Source: Lama guanicoe (Eukaryota). Taken from it: a stretch of 64,000 bases of DNA. Numbering within the stretch: the stretch's first letter is position 1; each line of letters starts with the position of its first letter. The notes under the pieces are model-generated. The model was not told the origin of the DNA and made no database searches. It worked only from the letters and a program-made list of their open reading frames with translations. The stretch is taken from positions 248,001 to 312,000 of the forward strand of contig MU053216.1 in assembly GCA_013239625.1 (NCBI GenBank), given 5' to 3'. The translations under genes and the position numbers were made by a program. Below, piece after piece: positions 49,701 to 61,700 of the stretch.

Positions 49701-52700
49701 GGGCAGGCAGAGCTGCCTTGAGGAAGCCATTCAGTTGAGCCCAGAACCTCTCAAGGCTGTTTCCTATAAAGCCTCCTTAGTTTTCATACTAAGACAGTCT
49801 TGGGTGGCTGAGTCAGGCCCTCTCTCTGAAAGCATCCTGCAAATGAGAAGCTAAACACACAGAGGAAACGGGGGTCTGGACACCGCCGGCTGAGGGCCTG
49901 ACAGTGACAGGCGGCCACACCTCCCCGGCTGGCCCTGCATGGACCTCTCCCTGGTGACTGGCGGGACGTGTGGCACGGGCTCCGCAGGGCGGACCTTGTG
50001 CTTCTCGCTCCTTTGGAAGGTCCCGCAGGAGCCACAGCGAGGGCGGGCAGGCCTGGCGGGTGGGCGAGGGACGCACAAGCCTGGGTGTCACCACGGCCTC
50101 CTGACGGCACAACGGCGAGACCTGTCTGACCCCCGCAAACCACGGAGCTCGGCCCACAAAGCAGACGCTACTGACTAGACGCTCTCAGCCCCCGTGGGCA
50201 TCCTGATCACAAAGTGCAGTCGGCAGGGAGCGAGGTCAGCACCACCCCGACCCGGCCCCCCACCTCCTGAGCACCCCCGCGAGCCGGGCGACGTCCCTGT
50301 CCTCCAGGGTGCTGTCCACGTAGGGGGCGGCGCAGGGAGCTCCTGGCACCTACTCCCTCCCTACTCTCCTGGTGGCGGGGCTCCCATGTCCTGCAGGCAC
50401 CCACCCCACCAGCCCTGCTACCAGCACTCGCCAGGACCCTCCCAATGGTGTGAAGGCACCATCGTCCCTCCTCGAGGTCACAGAGGACGCAGCAGTGCAG
50501 AGGCTCCTGATTTAGGGTCGTGACCACCACGCTCCACGACCCAACTCAGGACCACCCATCCCCGGCTACAGAGGCTGGCTGGTTCAGGGAAGCTCACCCA
50601 ATCCAGCGAGGGCATTGGACACGCAGTCACCAGGACAGAGGGTGCCTCGTCTCCGTGGTCTGCACAAAGGAGATGGCACAGTTGGGATGGCAGCTTTTGC
50701 CTCCGGGCGGCGCTGGGCTGGGGCCACCACGCAGACTCCGAGGTACACGAGCCTTTTCCTTGAACTGCATGACATTGACTTCTGTCACCAGGAGACGCTC
50801 AGCAGGGTGACCACAATCCCTAAGGCTGGTCCCGGTGAGGACAGGGTCATGCACCCTGCAAACAGGTGACTTCCCTGACCACCAACTGCCAGCAGATACT
50901 AAGGAATCAGGAACTGGAAAAATGCTCACTTACTAAAGAAGTGCTCGAATGGGGAAAAGCAGGTGTTTGAGTCATGCTGACACCAGCAGACACTTTCTGA
51001 GTCTGTAACCTGGAGCAGAGGCTTCACCAGCCAGCTTCCGTGAATAAAGTTTTACTGGAACAAGGCACTCCCAGTACGACACACTGTTCACGCAGCAGTG
51101 GAGCTGAGTAGTGGTGATGGACGGCGTGGCCCAGAGCAGAAGCTACTTAGCACCAGGCCCCTGACGTGGGAAGTCTGCCGAGTCCTGGCCTCTGGGTTAC
51201 GTGCCACTATGAAGACCGGACCGGCCTGCACCACCGCCCCAGCCCGTGCTGCTGGAGAACTGGCGTAATGCCTGCCCTCTCGAGGGATCAGACAGGGCGC
51301 TGACTGTCCACAGCCTGCAAGGGGCCTCGCTGGACACAGGAGAAACGCAAGCCTTGGCACTTGTCAGCACAGACAGTCCCGTGACCTACCCATCTGGCCG
51401 AACCCTTCCCAAAGCCCCCAGCCCGCAGGTAAAGCACCATCGTGAAGCACAGAATGTTTCATTTGGTTACGTGACACCCAAACATGTTATTTCCCTCTTA
51501 AAATGCTTCTATGACCTGCAAAAGCCTCAGAAACAGAAGCAGAGCTGTGGCTCCAAGACCGCACTTAGAGTTTTAGTCTGAGCTGTAAGTTTGCTAAAGG
51601 GCTGAGTGTCCCTTCTTCCTGCCCAGGAGTCAGGGCCGTCGGTGTGCTTCCCGGTATAAGAAAACAGTTCAGGGGGAGGGTACAGCTCAGGGGCAGAGTG
51701 CGTGCCTGGTACGCACCAGGTCCTGGGTTCGGTCCCTAGCACCTCCTCTAGTAAATAAATAAATGAATAAACCTAATTACCACCCCCCCCCCAAAAGAAA
51801 AGTTTAAAACCTGGGGAAGCAGGTACTGCAGAGGCGCCCGTGTCGGCATCTAGGGGCTGCACGGGAACCCACCTGGACATAATGTCACGGCTTCCTGATT
51901 AGAGAAACCCGTGTCTGTAAGTGGCTGCTACCTGACTCCTGACCCTGCGGAGGAACGTGGACATGGAGGGAGGAGATGGGGACGGGTCACTTGCCCAATC
52001 CCCGACAGCCCACGACAGCGATGACCGTCAGCGCCCCCGCCCCCGTCCTGTGGGCAGGCCTGCAGACAAACCCCACGCTGACGCGGCACCTCAGGCCTGG
52101 GGCTGGAAGGCGGACATCAGGGTGGAGGCGCTCTGGCCATGCCGCCCACGGAGAAAGGAAGACCGCAGTGACCACGGGAGTGCTCGGACCCCACTGAGGG
52201 GAGCTAGCCTCCCGGAGGCTGCAGAGTCCCAGCACAGGACCACTCCCATCAGAGAGCTGAAGCCAGCACTCAGAAGACCCTCCCAGCGCGTCCACGTCGG
52301 TGGCGTGTGGACCTGGGGAAGCCCAGCTGGGCAGGACCCTGCTCTTGAGAAAGTCGTCAGCTGTTCTTGAAAAGCACAACTTGGGAAAACCACCAGCAGA
52401 AGGCTCAGCAGGATTTCAGCACCTTCTTGTGCGTGAAGGACGCGGACAATTCTCCCTGCTCTTTAAAGGGGTACGAAGCCCCCGTTGTGACAAGTGTTTT
52501 CTGAGACGCCCACCCCAACTGGAAACGAAGCTCTTACATGAAGTACTCAGCTAAATTTATGCAGAAACAACACTAAAACATGAAGGGGAAACGGAGGGGG
52601 AGTGATTCACGAGGAGACAAGTATTCCAACGTGTGAAGTTCTGGTCCAGCAACATGAGCAGGCACGACGGAGGAGTCGGGGCTTGACTGGTCAGCAATGC

Positions 52701-55700
52701 CCAAAAGGCGGAAGCCAGACGTGGCCCTGGGGGACACGCCGGCTCACGAGGTAGCTACGCAGGGACGGGCACCACTGCGTCACCGCTTCTCCTCCGTTTG
52801 CGCGGTGGTTGGATTTTTGGAGCCACCACTGCCAGAAACTGAGTTTATACAAAAAATCAACTCTTGATTTTGGACTCAGGCCACAGAAAGGTTCCTTCTA
52901 CGACCACTCAGGGAGACGAGGCCCAGAGGCTGCAGGACGGTGCGTCACGGGGGGTGCGCCCACAGAGTGCACGCACACCATCCCCGTCGCCGCGGCCCCT
53001 GAAAGCACCACCCCCCGAAATGCTCCTCTTACTCTCCCATACTTCACGCGCTTCCTAAAGCATAACGCGCTACCTCTGTAATCATAAAAAACAAGCTCCA
53101 GCAGTTTCGAGCTCACCGGTGTCCCTCCCACAGAGTCACAGGGTCACAGGCCACTCGCACAAACTGACACCTAGAGGGCAGTCAGAGGCAGAAGGAAGAA
53201 ACCGGGGTTTAAAAAGAGGTCAAGAGGTTAACTACCCTACCTTTGGTAGCTGACAAACTTCCCACATCTTTAAATAAGACGTTCAACCCAAGTCCAAACA
53301 GATACTCTAAGATCAACTTATTCTATCTTAAAAAAGATTTCTGACTAAAGCAGAATTCACTGATGTAATGGGACAGTGAGTCCAAAAATTACAGGGTCTC
53401 TAAGGAATACACGCGAGCTTTGATTACTGAGATTTGCTTGGCAACGGCACGATCTAAAATTAATAGAGTCCTTAAAAGGAAGATGCCAAAAGCAACTTTG
53501 TTCTCAGATAGTTTATACAGCTTGGCCAGAGCAAGGCACAAGAATGACCCAAATATAGAAAACTCAGCATCGCCACATCCTAGGAACCACAGCCGCAAAG
53601 CAAGCACAGACATGCAGAGAGGAGAGACGCGCCAGTGCGCCTGGGGTCTCCGTGTCGGGGGCAGACCCTCCCGGGTCTGGGCAGAGGCAGCTTTCCAGTC
53701 CTCCTGTCCCCACCTCCTCCCCAGACGGCCACCGCTCTGGGGGCTCACGACAGCCCACCCAGTGAACCCGCCCTCCTTTCGTCCTCTGAGCATTATCGTC
53801 AAATTTCCCAGACCTCTCAGAACCCTCTCACTCTGGGGACAAGCTAAGCCTCTTCTTCCGGCGAAAGATAAAAAAGCTGAGGGAGAAAATCTGCATTATC
53901 TTTTCACTCTTTTAAAAGGAGAAGAAGCTCACTTAAAAAAAAAGAAAAGATTATGATTGTTTACGGTGTTTTGTGAACAATGTTCCTTCTCTACACGAAC
54001 AACCAGTTCTGACAGCTCACCTACCGTGCCTGCAAAGTGAGTCAAAGGCTCTCCACACGCAGGCTGGGCCGGGACATACCTTACCATATTAGGCCATCGG
54101 GCCCCAGAGAGAAGGGAGCACAAACCTCCAAGGATTTTACCTAAATGGAGAGTCAAGGACGCCCAGTGGGCGCAGATGGACAGAAGCCCCTGGAGGCCTC
54201 CCAGAGAGAGGGAACTTCAGGAGATCAGTGACCAGATTAACAATGCGGCAGGAGGGAGCAGGACCCGCCGACGACCAGAGGCAAAGCTGTGGACAATCAG
54301 GGCAAAGAGGAAACAGGGCCACTGCTTACCCAGAGCAGGTGGGGTCGGGGAGGAGGGGGCAGCAAAGAGCCGTGGAGTGAGCCACTGGGAACACCAGGCC
54401 TAAAGCGGGAAGCCTGGGGGACGCGGCCTGCTCCTGCCCGCCCGGCTCCGCACACACCAGGCGCTAAGTTCGGGCACCTTGCCTTCCTGCCCCGGCAGCC
54501 CTCACACTTGTCTCAGAGCCCCGAGCCACTGCCATCCTCTGGGTGACTTAACTTCAAACCCACAAGATGCGATTCCACGGCCAGCGCTCACCCTCGCCCC
54601 CATTCAGAAACGACCTGAAACCCCCGTCCTACAGACCAGGAGAGGGGTGCACCTCCTCCAGAGAGCTCAGGGCCGCTGGGGAGTGCCCGGGGTCTGGTCC
54701 CGGGTCACCCCAGAGGGTCACGGAAGAGGCACGACAGACGGAGAGGCCCTGGTGACCGCGGGCTGCAGGGCAGCCACAGCCACAGCCGGGAGCGCGTCTC
54801 CCTGGGCCTCAGCTGGTCTCTAAAATGAGAAGCTCAGAGTTGTTTCAGTTCCGAAACCCCACGTCCCAACTGCCACTGTGGCCAACTCTGGGTCCTCAGG
54901 CCTCCCTGCCTCCACGTGCTCCCTGGGGGACCCGTCCTGGCTCCCGGCTGGGGCTGGGTTGGCTGCTGTGTGGTTGGCCCTCACCTCTCACCTTGACCCC
55001 GCCCTCCTCCTGGACACCACTCAGATACGTGAAGCAGCGCTGCGAGAGCCAGACCCAAATGCCTGTTTTCCCCACCACACCTGGCCCTCCCAGTCTTCTG
55101 CACCTCAGCAAATGAAAACGCCAACCTCGTTCCAGCTGCCTCAGCTGGAAGGCCAGGTGAGCCTCACCTCACACCCAGTCCAGACACCCTCCCGGTTCCC
55201 ACCTCAAACCCGTCCAGGACGCGGAGACATCTCAGCACCTTCCCAGGCGTGGCCACCCTGGCCTGCAGCACCCCATCAGCTCTCCCTGGACCACCTGGAC
55301 CCCTCACAGTGTGTCTCAGAGCAGCGGGTGGGGGCCCTTCAGGGTTAAGTACCACCCTGTCTCCTCTGTCCGGAGCTCGACACGTGTCTCCCACGCGCTC
55401 AGGACACCAGCCGGAGCCCTCACGCCCACTGCCGGCATGCTAGCCACTCGTGGTCCCCAGGCACGTCACCTCACAGCCGGGCCAGCGCTGCCCCTCTGCC
55501 CACAGCGCTCCGCCCACACACACCCGCCAGGCCCCCAGCGCACGTGCTCCCAGTCCAGGCTCCAGGGACACCCTCTCACAGGCCTCTCCTGACCCCCACA
55601 GGACGCCCCCTACAGGCCCTCACCTTTCCAGCTGCCAGTGACCCAGCACGTTCCTTCCATCGCTCACCCTCTTCACCATAACCTAACTCGACAAGGGTGG

Positions 55701-58700
55701 GCTGTGTCAGTGTGACGACACAGGGTCTGGAAAGCAGGCAGCTCAAAGCACTGGTTCAACAACCACAAGTGGGAAGCAGGTTGTAAAAGAGGCAGCACAG
55801 GTGGGAAACACCTCGAGGGCCTCCCACACCGAGGCCAGCAGGGGGCGCCACCCGCCCACCCACGGAGTCCAGACGCCCTCAGAAGTTGCCGTTCCAGACG
55901 ACCTTCCCTTACTCAAGCAGGTGAGATGCCACAAGCAAGTCAACTCAGACAGGTAACCGGCTCAGTAAAAACCAGATGGCAAAGGGGGCGGAGGAGGCGT
56001 GCCAGCCCCAAGCAGGCCACCCGGAGGCCCTGGACGCGGCAGGGCCCACCTGGGAGCTTCATGTCCCCACGTGTCCCAGCCCCCCGGGCCACAGCTCTCT
56101 TACCTGTGAAAGGAGCTTCGTAACCCGGGTCATCTCTAAATTCCCTCCCAATTCTAAGACACCCAAATTTAGGAGGCGAGCCACCGTACAGCACCGAACT
56201 GGAGACCTCAGTGACTCCCTTGAACACAAGCTGCCGCCCTCTGTTCGCCAGCATCGCCCGTGCTGCCTCTCGGGGTAAATTCAATTACCCAGCAGCTGGC
56301 CTGGGACACGGTCTGCCTGGAGAAGCACGTGGGGGAAACGCCGAAGGCAGCAGGTAACACTCAGGGCCGACCAAAAGGAAAGCAGGCCAAAGACGCAGGT
56401 AAAGAAGATGAACAGAACAGAAGGCCGCCCGCGTGCAGGGCGCCCACAACGCACCTCAGAGCAAACAGCCTGCCACGTGCGCACAAAGGGAACAGAGCAC
56501 TTGTGACTGCGGTGACCCCCTTCCTCCACTAGAGGAACTGTTCCACTCAGCAAGACAAGGGCTGCAGTAAGACGCCTGGAGACTGTCAGACAGCAACACG
56601 GGCAAACAGACAGGCCCTCTTTGGACAGGTCTGCAAGGGGGTGCCGAGAAACCAGACACACACGCTCGGTCTCCCGGCTCGTGGGTCCCCGCGCGCCGGG
56701 TTCACACGCGGAGTGTCGGGCCCAAGCGCTCAATCACGCCTCGGAAACGCCTGTGGCTCTGCCCTCCACCACGCTGCCCACCAGGCGTCAGGGCCGCTCC
56801 GGCCACACATCTCGCCCGTGGGTGATCGCCAGCTGCGTCTCACCAGCCCAGGCACAAAAGACACAAGAGCTCGGTGACGCCAACGGGGGTTCAGGCTAAA
56901 CAGCAGGACGGTCCTCCTGACCACGCTGCTGTCCCTAACACACAGGTGAGAGCCTCAAGAATCTTCCTGTGAGATCTTTGAGGGAAAAACCATTTTCGTT
57001 CCGACCTTGACTGGAGACACAAGACACTGAAGTTCCTTTTCTACCCTTAAAGTGAGACAGTGTCCCAGACCGAGCCCATGCACGCGGTGTACTAACTCGC
57101 GGGCAGGGGTCAGAGATGGTGGTCTGCGGGTGGTCACACCAGTGTGTACGACTGTCAGAACTCATCAAACGGTGCACATAAGGTCTGTGCAGACACCGAC
57201 TGGAAACAGTCTCTCAACTGAAAAAAACATGCCAGAGACGTGGGCAGAGCTAACTTCAACAATGAGAGTGCACCACCTCCAGGGGCAGGCTAAGAGAGGC
57301 GGGAGCTGCCGTGACCCGGGCAGCTGACACAGGCATCCTGCGCCAGACCCGGGGGAGACGGCTGTGCTCCCCGACCGGCAGAGCGGCCTGCCTGGCGGCT
57401 CCTCTAGGTCACTGCGGGGGCACAGGGACGTGGAGGAGAAGCCTGGTCCCAGCCTGGTCCCAGCCTGGTCCCAGTCCCTGGTCGGCTGCAGGCAGAGGTG
57501 CGGTGACTCGCCGGGACAGGCCTGCTGCTCTGTGGGCCACGGCAAGGGCACCATGGCGGGCCAGCACGCATCCAGGGAGGAGAGCTGGGGAGAGTTCCAC
57601 TGACATTGACCAGGGAAGCCTCGCCCCAGCCCCAGCCCCGTGCTGACCCGGCCAGTCTGTCCTGAGCCACATGGGTGGCTGGGCCTAGTGCCCAGAGCTG
57701 CTGGCAACGGTGGGCTGCTCACTCTCACAGCTCGCCTAGGAGTCCACGTGCCACACGGTAAAAACTAGCAAAGGCCTCGAGCCACAGGATGAGTGGGATA
57801 TGTTCAGTCTGACTTTATGTCAAACATCGACAGTCTACGTTTCCAGAAATCAGAAATCTTTTTCTATGACTTTAAGTCAACAGTCCTAAAATGTAAGCAG
57901 GAAGCCTGGCCCCGTGAGCACTTCAGCTTCCTCCCGTGGTGCCCGGGGTGTGGGCTCTCCATCAGGTGGAGGCCAGCAGAGACCCCGGACAACCACCAGG
58001 CCTTCCTCGCTGTTCCTCCCATGGTTCTCTTTATGGATCGAAACAGCCCCACAGCCCCTGTGGGGGACGGTCCACTTCCACCTCTGTAATCATGACTGAG
58101 ATGCTCTCTGCAGGTCTTTCCCACTCCCCACTACTTTCCTACATTCACTCTTTCGGTCTCTCACCGCCTCTCTAAGCTTGAGGGCTGAAGACGCCGTGCC
58201 TGCCCAGGGAGCCCCACGTGGCACCTGCACCTGCAAGCAGCCCCCGCCTCCACCACCCAGCTCGCCGCGCACCACCACGGGCCTGCGGGCCGGAGGCCAC
58301 CGCTGACAGCTCTGGATCTGGACTAGGACACGGGCAGGTCAGCGACAAAACAGGGCATTACTATTTCCTCTGCTGAAAACGGACTAGTTGCTGATTTTTC
58401 CGTACGGGTCATTAAATCCATTCTGAGAGCATTAGGTCATGTGACGGCAGGGAACAGAAAAGGCCATCTTTTTACATAATTTCCAAAGAAATGCACATGT
58501 AGCCTCAACTCATTTAGTCAGGACCAACCCCTTCCTTCCTGAAAAGCGGCAGCAATAAGAAAACCACTGACTTTCCATCACACGTGAGTGGCTCATGAGA
58601 GCCCAGGCATCCGGGCAGCCAGCCGTCTGCCGCGGGGGAGCTGCGGGCCAGCCTTAGGCGTCCGAGTCCCGTAAGAGCTCTGCCTCACTTGAAAGTCAGA

Positions 58701-61700
58701 GACCAGCAAGCTGTGGACGGTGTGATGCTCACACTGCTCACTCCCGCGCAGAGGACGAAGACACTCGTGACTGGGCCAGGGCTTGGCAGCAGGAAGCTTG
58801 GTCAAGAGCCTGCCATTGTTACACCGTTTAAGAACACAGGACGCCCGAAACTTCTGAAGACGGTAAAGCGCTACAGAATTTGAAGACTCTTCCAACGAAA
58901 AAAGAACAGAAGAAGAAAGCGGTACACCACCCAGCACTTGGCACATCTCAGAGGAAGTCTGCCTCCAAACTCCCCTTGGGCCAGACCCGCACAGAGCCTG
59001 CTCTCCCTGCGACGAAACCTGCGTGCACACGAGCAGGGCTGAGGCCTCGAGGGACACTCCCAGGCCTGCGACTTACCCACATCTCCTTCACATCGTCAGA
59101 GACATCGGCTCCGTCCTCCTGGAGAGGAAGGAGGGAGAGAAACAAGAGTGTCAGTCACAGCCCCAGGAGCAGCACGGCCCCATAGCCACGTGCCCTGGCA
59201 GGGAGTGCTGCCTGCCGGGGGCGCCGCCCCTGCTGCTCTGAGGGTTGCCACAGGCCGGCTCGGGCCGCCACCTGCAGTCGGAAGCCCAGTGCCCCTGACT
59301 GGTGTGGAGCACCTGACGAAAGAGACCTGGCTCCACCTCCACAGCCTGGTCCTCCGGCCTCGCAGCGCTTGTCTAACCGTCGCTAATCAAGGGCTGGGAC
59401 TGTCTCACCTCTGGCCTCGCTAGGCGGCCTGTCTAGTTTCAAACGTGTCCCTGGTAACCAGGCAACTGTGCTGGCCGCTCGATTACTAAAATGCCCACAT
59501 GAAGCTGAGCGGGAACAGTGGGAACAAGGGGGTGAATCAAAGTCCTGAACGTGTGCTTGCAATCAAGCACTGGAGCGTCTGTCTTTGTTTAAAAGCCGAA
59601 GTTAATGTTTTATATCATTTGTTCCTCTTTTCCTCCAAAGCAGTAAAACTGAGTCAGGGGAGCACGTGAGCCGGGTGAGCGTGCGCTGCTTACAGACCTC
59701 CAGGCCCTTCACGTTCTCACCACACTCCGGAACATTCAGCTAGAATCTGCTCCGTCGTGTGGGGGTGCTGCTGACCTCATGACTCTCTGGGACCCCGGGA
59801 GGAGGGGTGATGTCAGACAAGCTCCCCCACTCACTATATTTGGCTGTCTGGTAGCTGTGACCGTTCCATGTGCCCACCTTCACCACTGGCTGCTGCCTGC
59901 CCGCCCCGCGCTCAGTCCCGCTCCAGGCCCCAGGACGGCAGGGACCTTCCAAATGAGTCACACCCCAGGTGAGCCTCCCTCTGCTCTGTTCCCGACCACG
60001 CAGGATTCAGGGCATGACGGGAACTCCTGAGCTCCGTATGAGGGCCACGGTCGAGACAGTGTGACCAGTCCTGGCACGGCCTGCCCACTTACATCCTGTG
60101 TCCAGAAATTGATGCCTGTGCCTCTCCGGCGTTCCCTGGGCCGCCTCCTCTCACGGACGGTCAGCCTGTGGGAGGACGCGTCATCCAACTCTGCCTCCTC
60201 ACCCTCTGGCCAGAGAGAACACAAGGCACAGGTCTTGAGAACCTGGGGTGCTGCGGGGGGGCCACACTCCCAGAAGCCCTCCTTACCATTTCTGTCCCTC
60301 TCCTTTGCTGTCGCAGCGTCCACAGTCATCTCTGAACTCCCAGGACCTGGGGCGGAAGGGCTGCTCACCCGGAGCAGAGGGGAACCAGGGCAGAGGGAGG
60401 GTCGGGCCTCAGAGGACGACGCTGGCGTCGTGGGCTTGTCGGGCTGAGCTGGACACCTCAGGCGACGAGAGACAGGCTGGAATGACCCACAGGACGAGAC
60501 GTCAGAGGTCACGTCCAGCAAAAGGGCAGGGACCCAGGCTTTTTGAAAAACGGGCTTTTCCACACCCAGAGGCTCGCAAGCAGCAGATGCCCACTGAAGA
60601 GCTACCGAGCTGGATAATCGGCCAGAAAGGAAAGAGCCCCTGGACCCCCGCGCTGGCACCGCCGTCAGGTCGACAGCAGCCCAGGACGGCCATTCCTAAG
60701 CAGACCAAAGGGCCCAGGAAGCAGCGCCCGCCGGGTCATAAAACTTCCTCTGAAGCCGGACGACGTCAGGAGGGAGGGTGCACGGCCTTCTTAAGAGGGG
60801 AACCGAAGGGCAAGGCGAACCTCGCAAAGCAGGAGGCTCAGGAATGGGCGGAAACGGCGTGGGAGCTCTCTGAGAACCAGGTCTGAGCACCCCGCCAACT
60901 GCCATAACCAGGCTTGCCGACAGGGCGCCAGGCGCTCAGAACAGCGCCCAGTGCTAAGCACACAGAAGACAGTAGCCGACAAGCGAGCAAAGTAAGCCAC
61001 AGAGCCTTGGGCGGGCACTCTGCAGCCCAGCCGCCCACGGTTAGAGCAGGGCTTCCTTCTCCTGGAACTATGGTGGCCACAAAATTTATCCTCCCATCGG
61101 GGACGTGGCACCGAGCGGAAAGGGCTGGTGCTGACAGTGCAGAGATGAAAGGTGTAACCAGAGCGTCTGGGGACAACCAGGTGTCGTGTTCGTGAGGTTG
61201 GGGCGCACGTAAACTCTTGGGAGAGCAGCACACCGAGCCGTGGAGGCAGCCTGCCCGCGGGCCGGTGCCTGCGAGCCACCGCGCCACTGCGCAAAACGCC
61301 AGCAAGCTACTCTCTCGGTGACTCCACTTCCTCACGTTTAAAAAAGGGACGGGAATGTCCACCTCCGAGGACTGTATTCAGAATTAAACGCTTTAACACA
61401 TTTGACGTGGTTCAACAGCGCCTGGCACAAAGCAAACAGCGAGCACTTATGTTTTTTCCATCTGCATTTTATCCTCCAGGACCTCTCCTTCCAGGGCAGA
61501 GAGTTCAACTCAGCCACTGAACTCACGTGGTCATTTCACCGTATACCCACGTACCAAACTGTCCTGTGTATACTCAAAACTAACACAATGTTATATGCCC
61601 ACCGCATCCCAATAAAACAGGGAAAAAGCAGGAACCAACGCCTGAGGGGAGAAAGAGATCACACGAGGGTAACGAGGCCAGGCCGATGGGCCCAGCAGGG

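Noticed and set aside
51672-51745. tRNA-like sequence
   Set aside because: Degenerate boxes plus TAAA/poly-A tail and target-site duplication indicate a SINE, not a tRNA gene.
54070-54090. Two adjacent donor-like sites on - (ATG|gtaag, G|gtatgt) overlapping the CArG box, suggesting an extra exon
   Set aside because: No matching acceptor, TSS or recognisable peptide.
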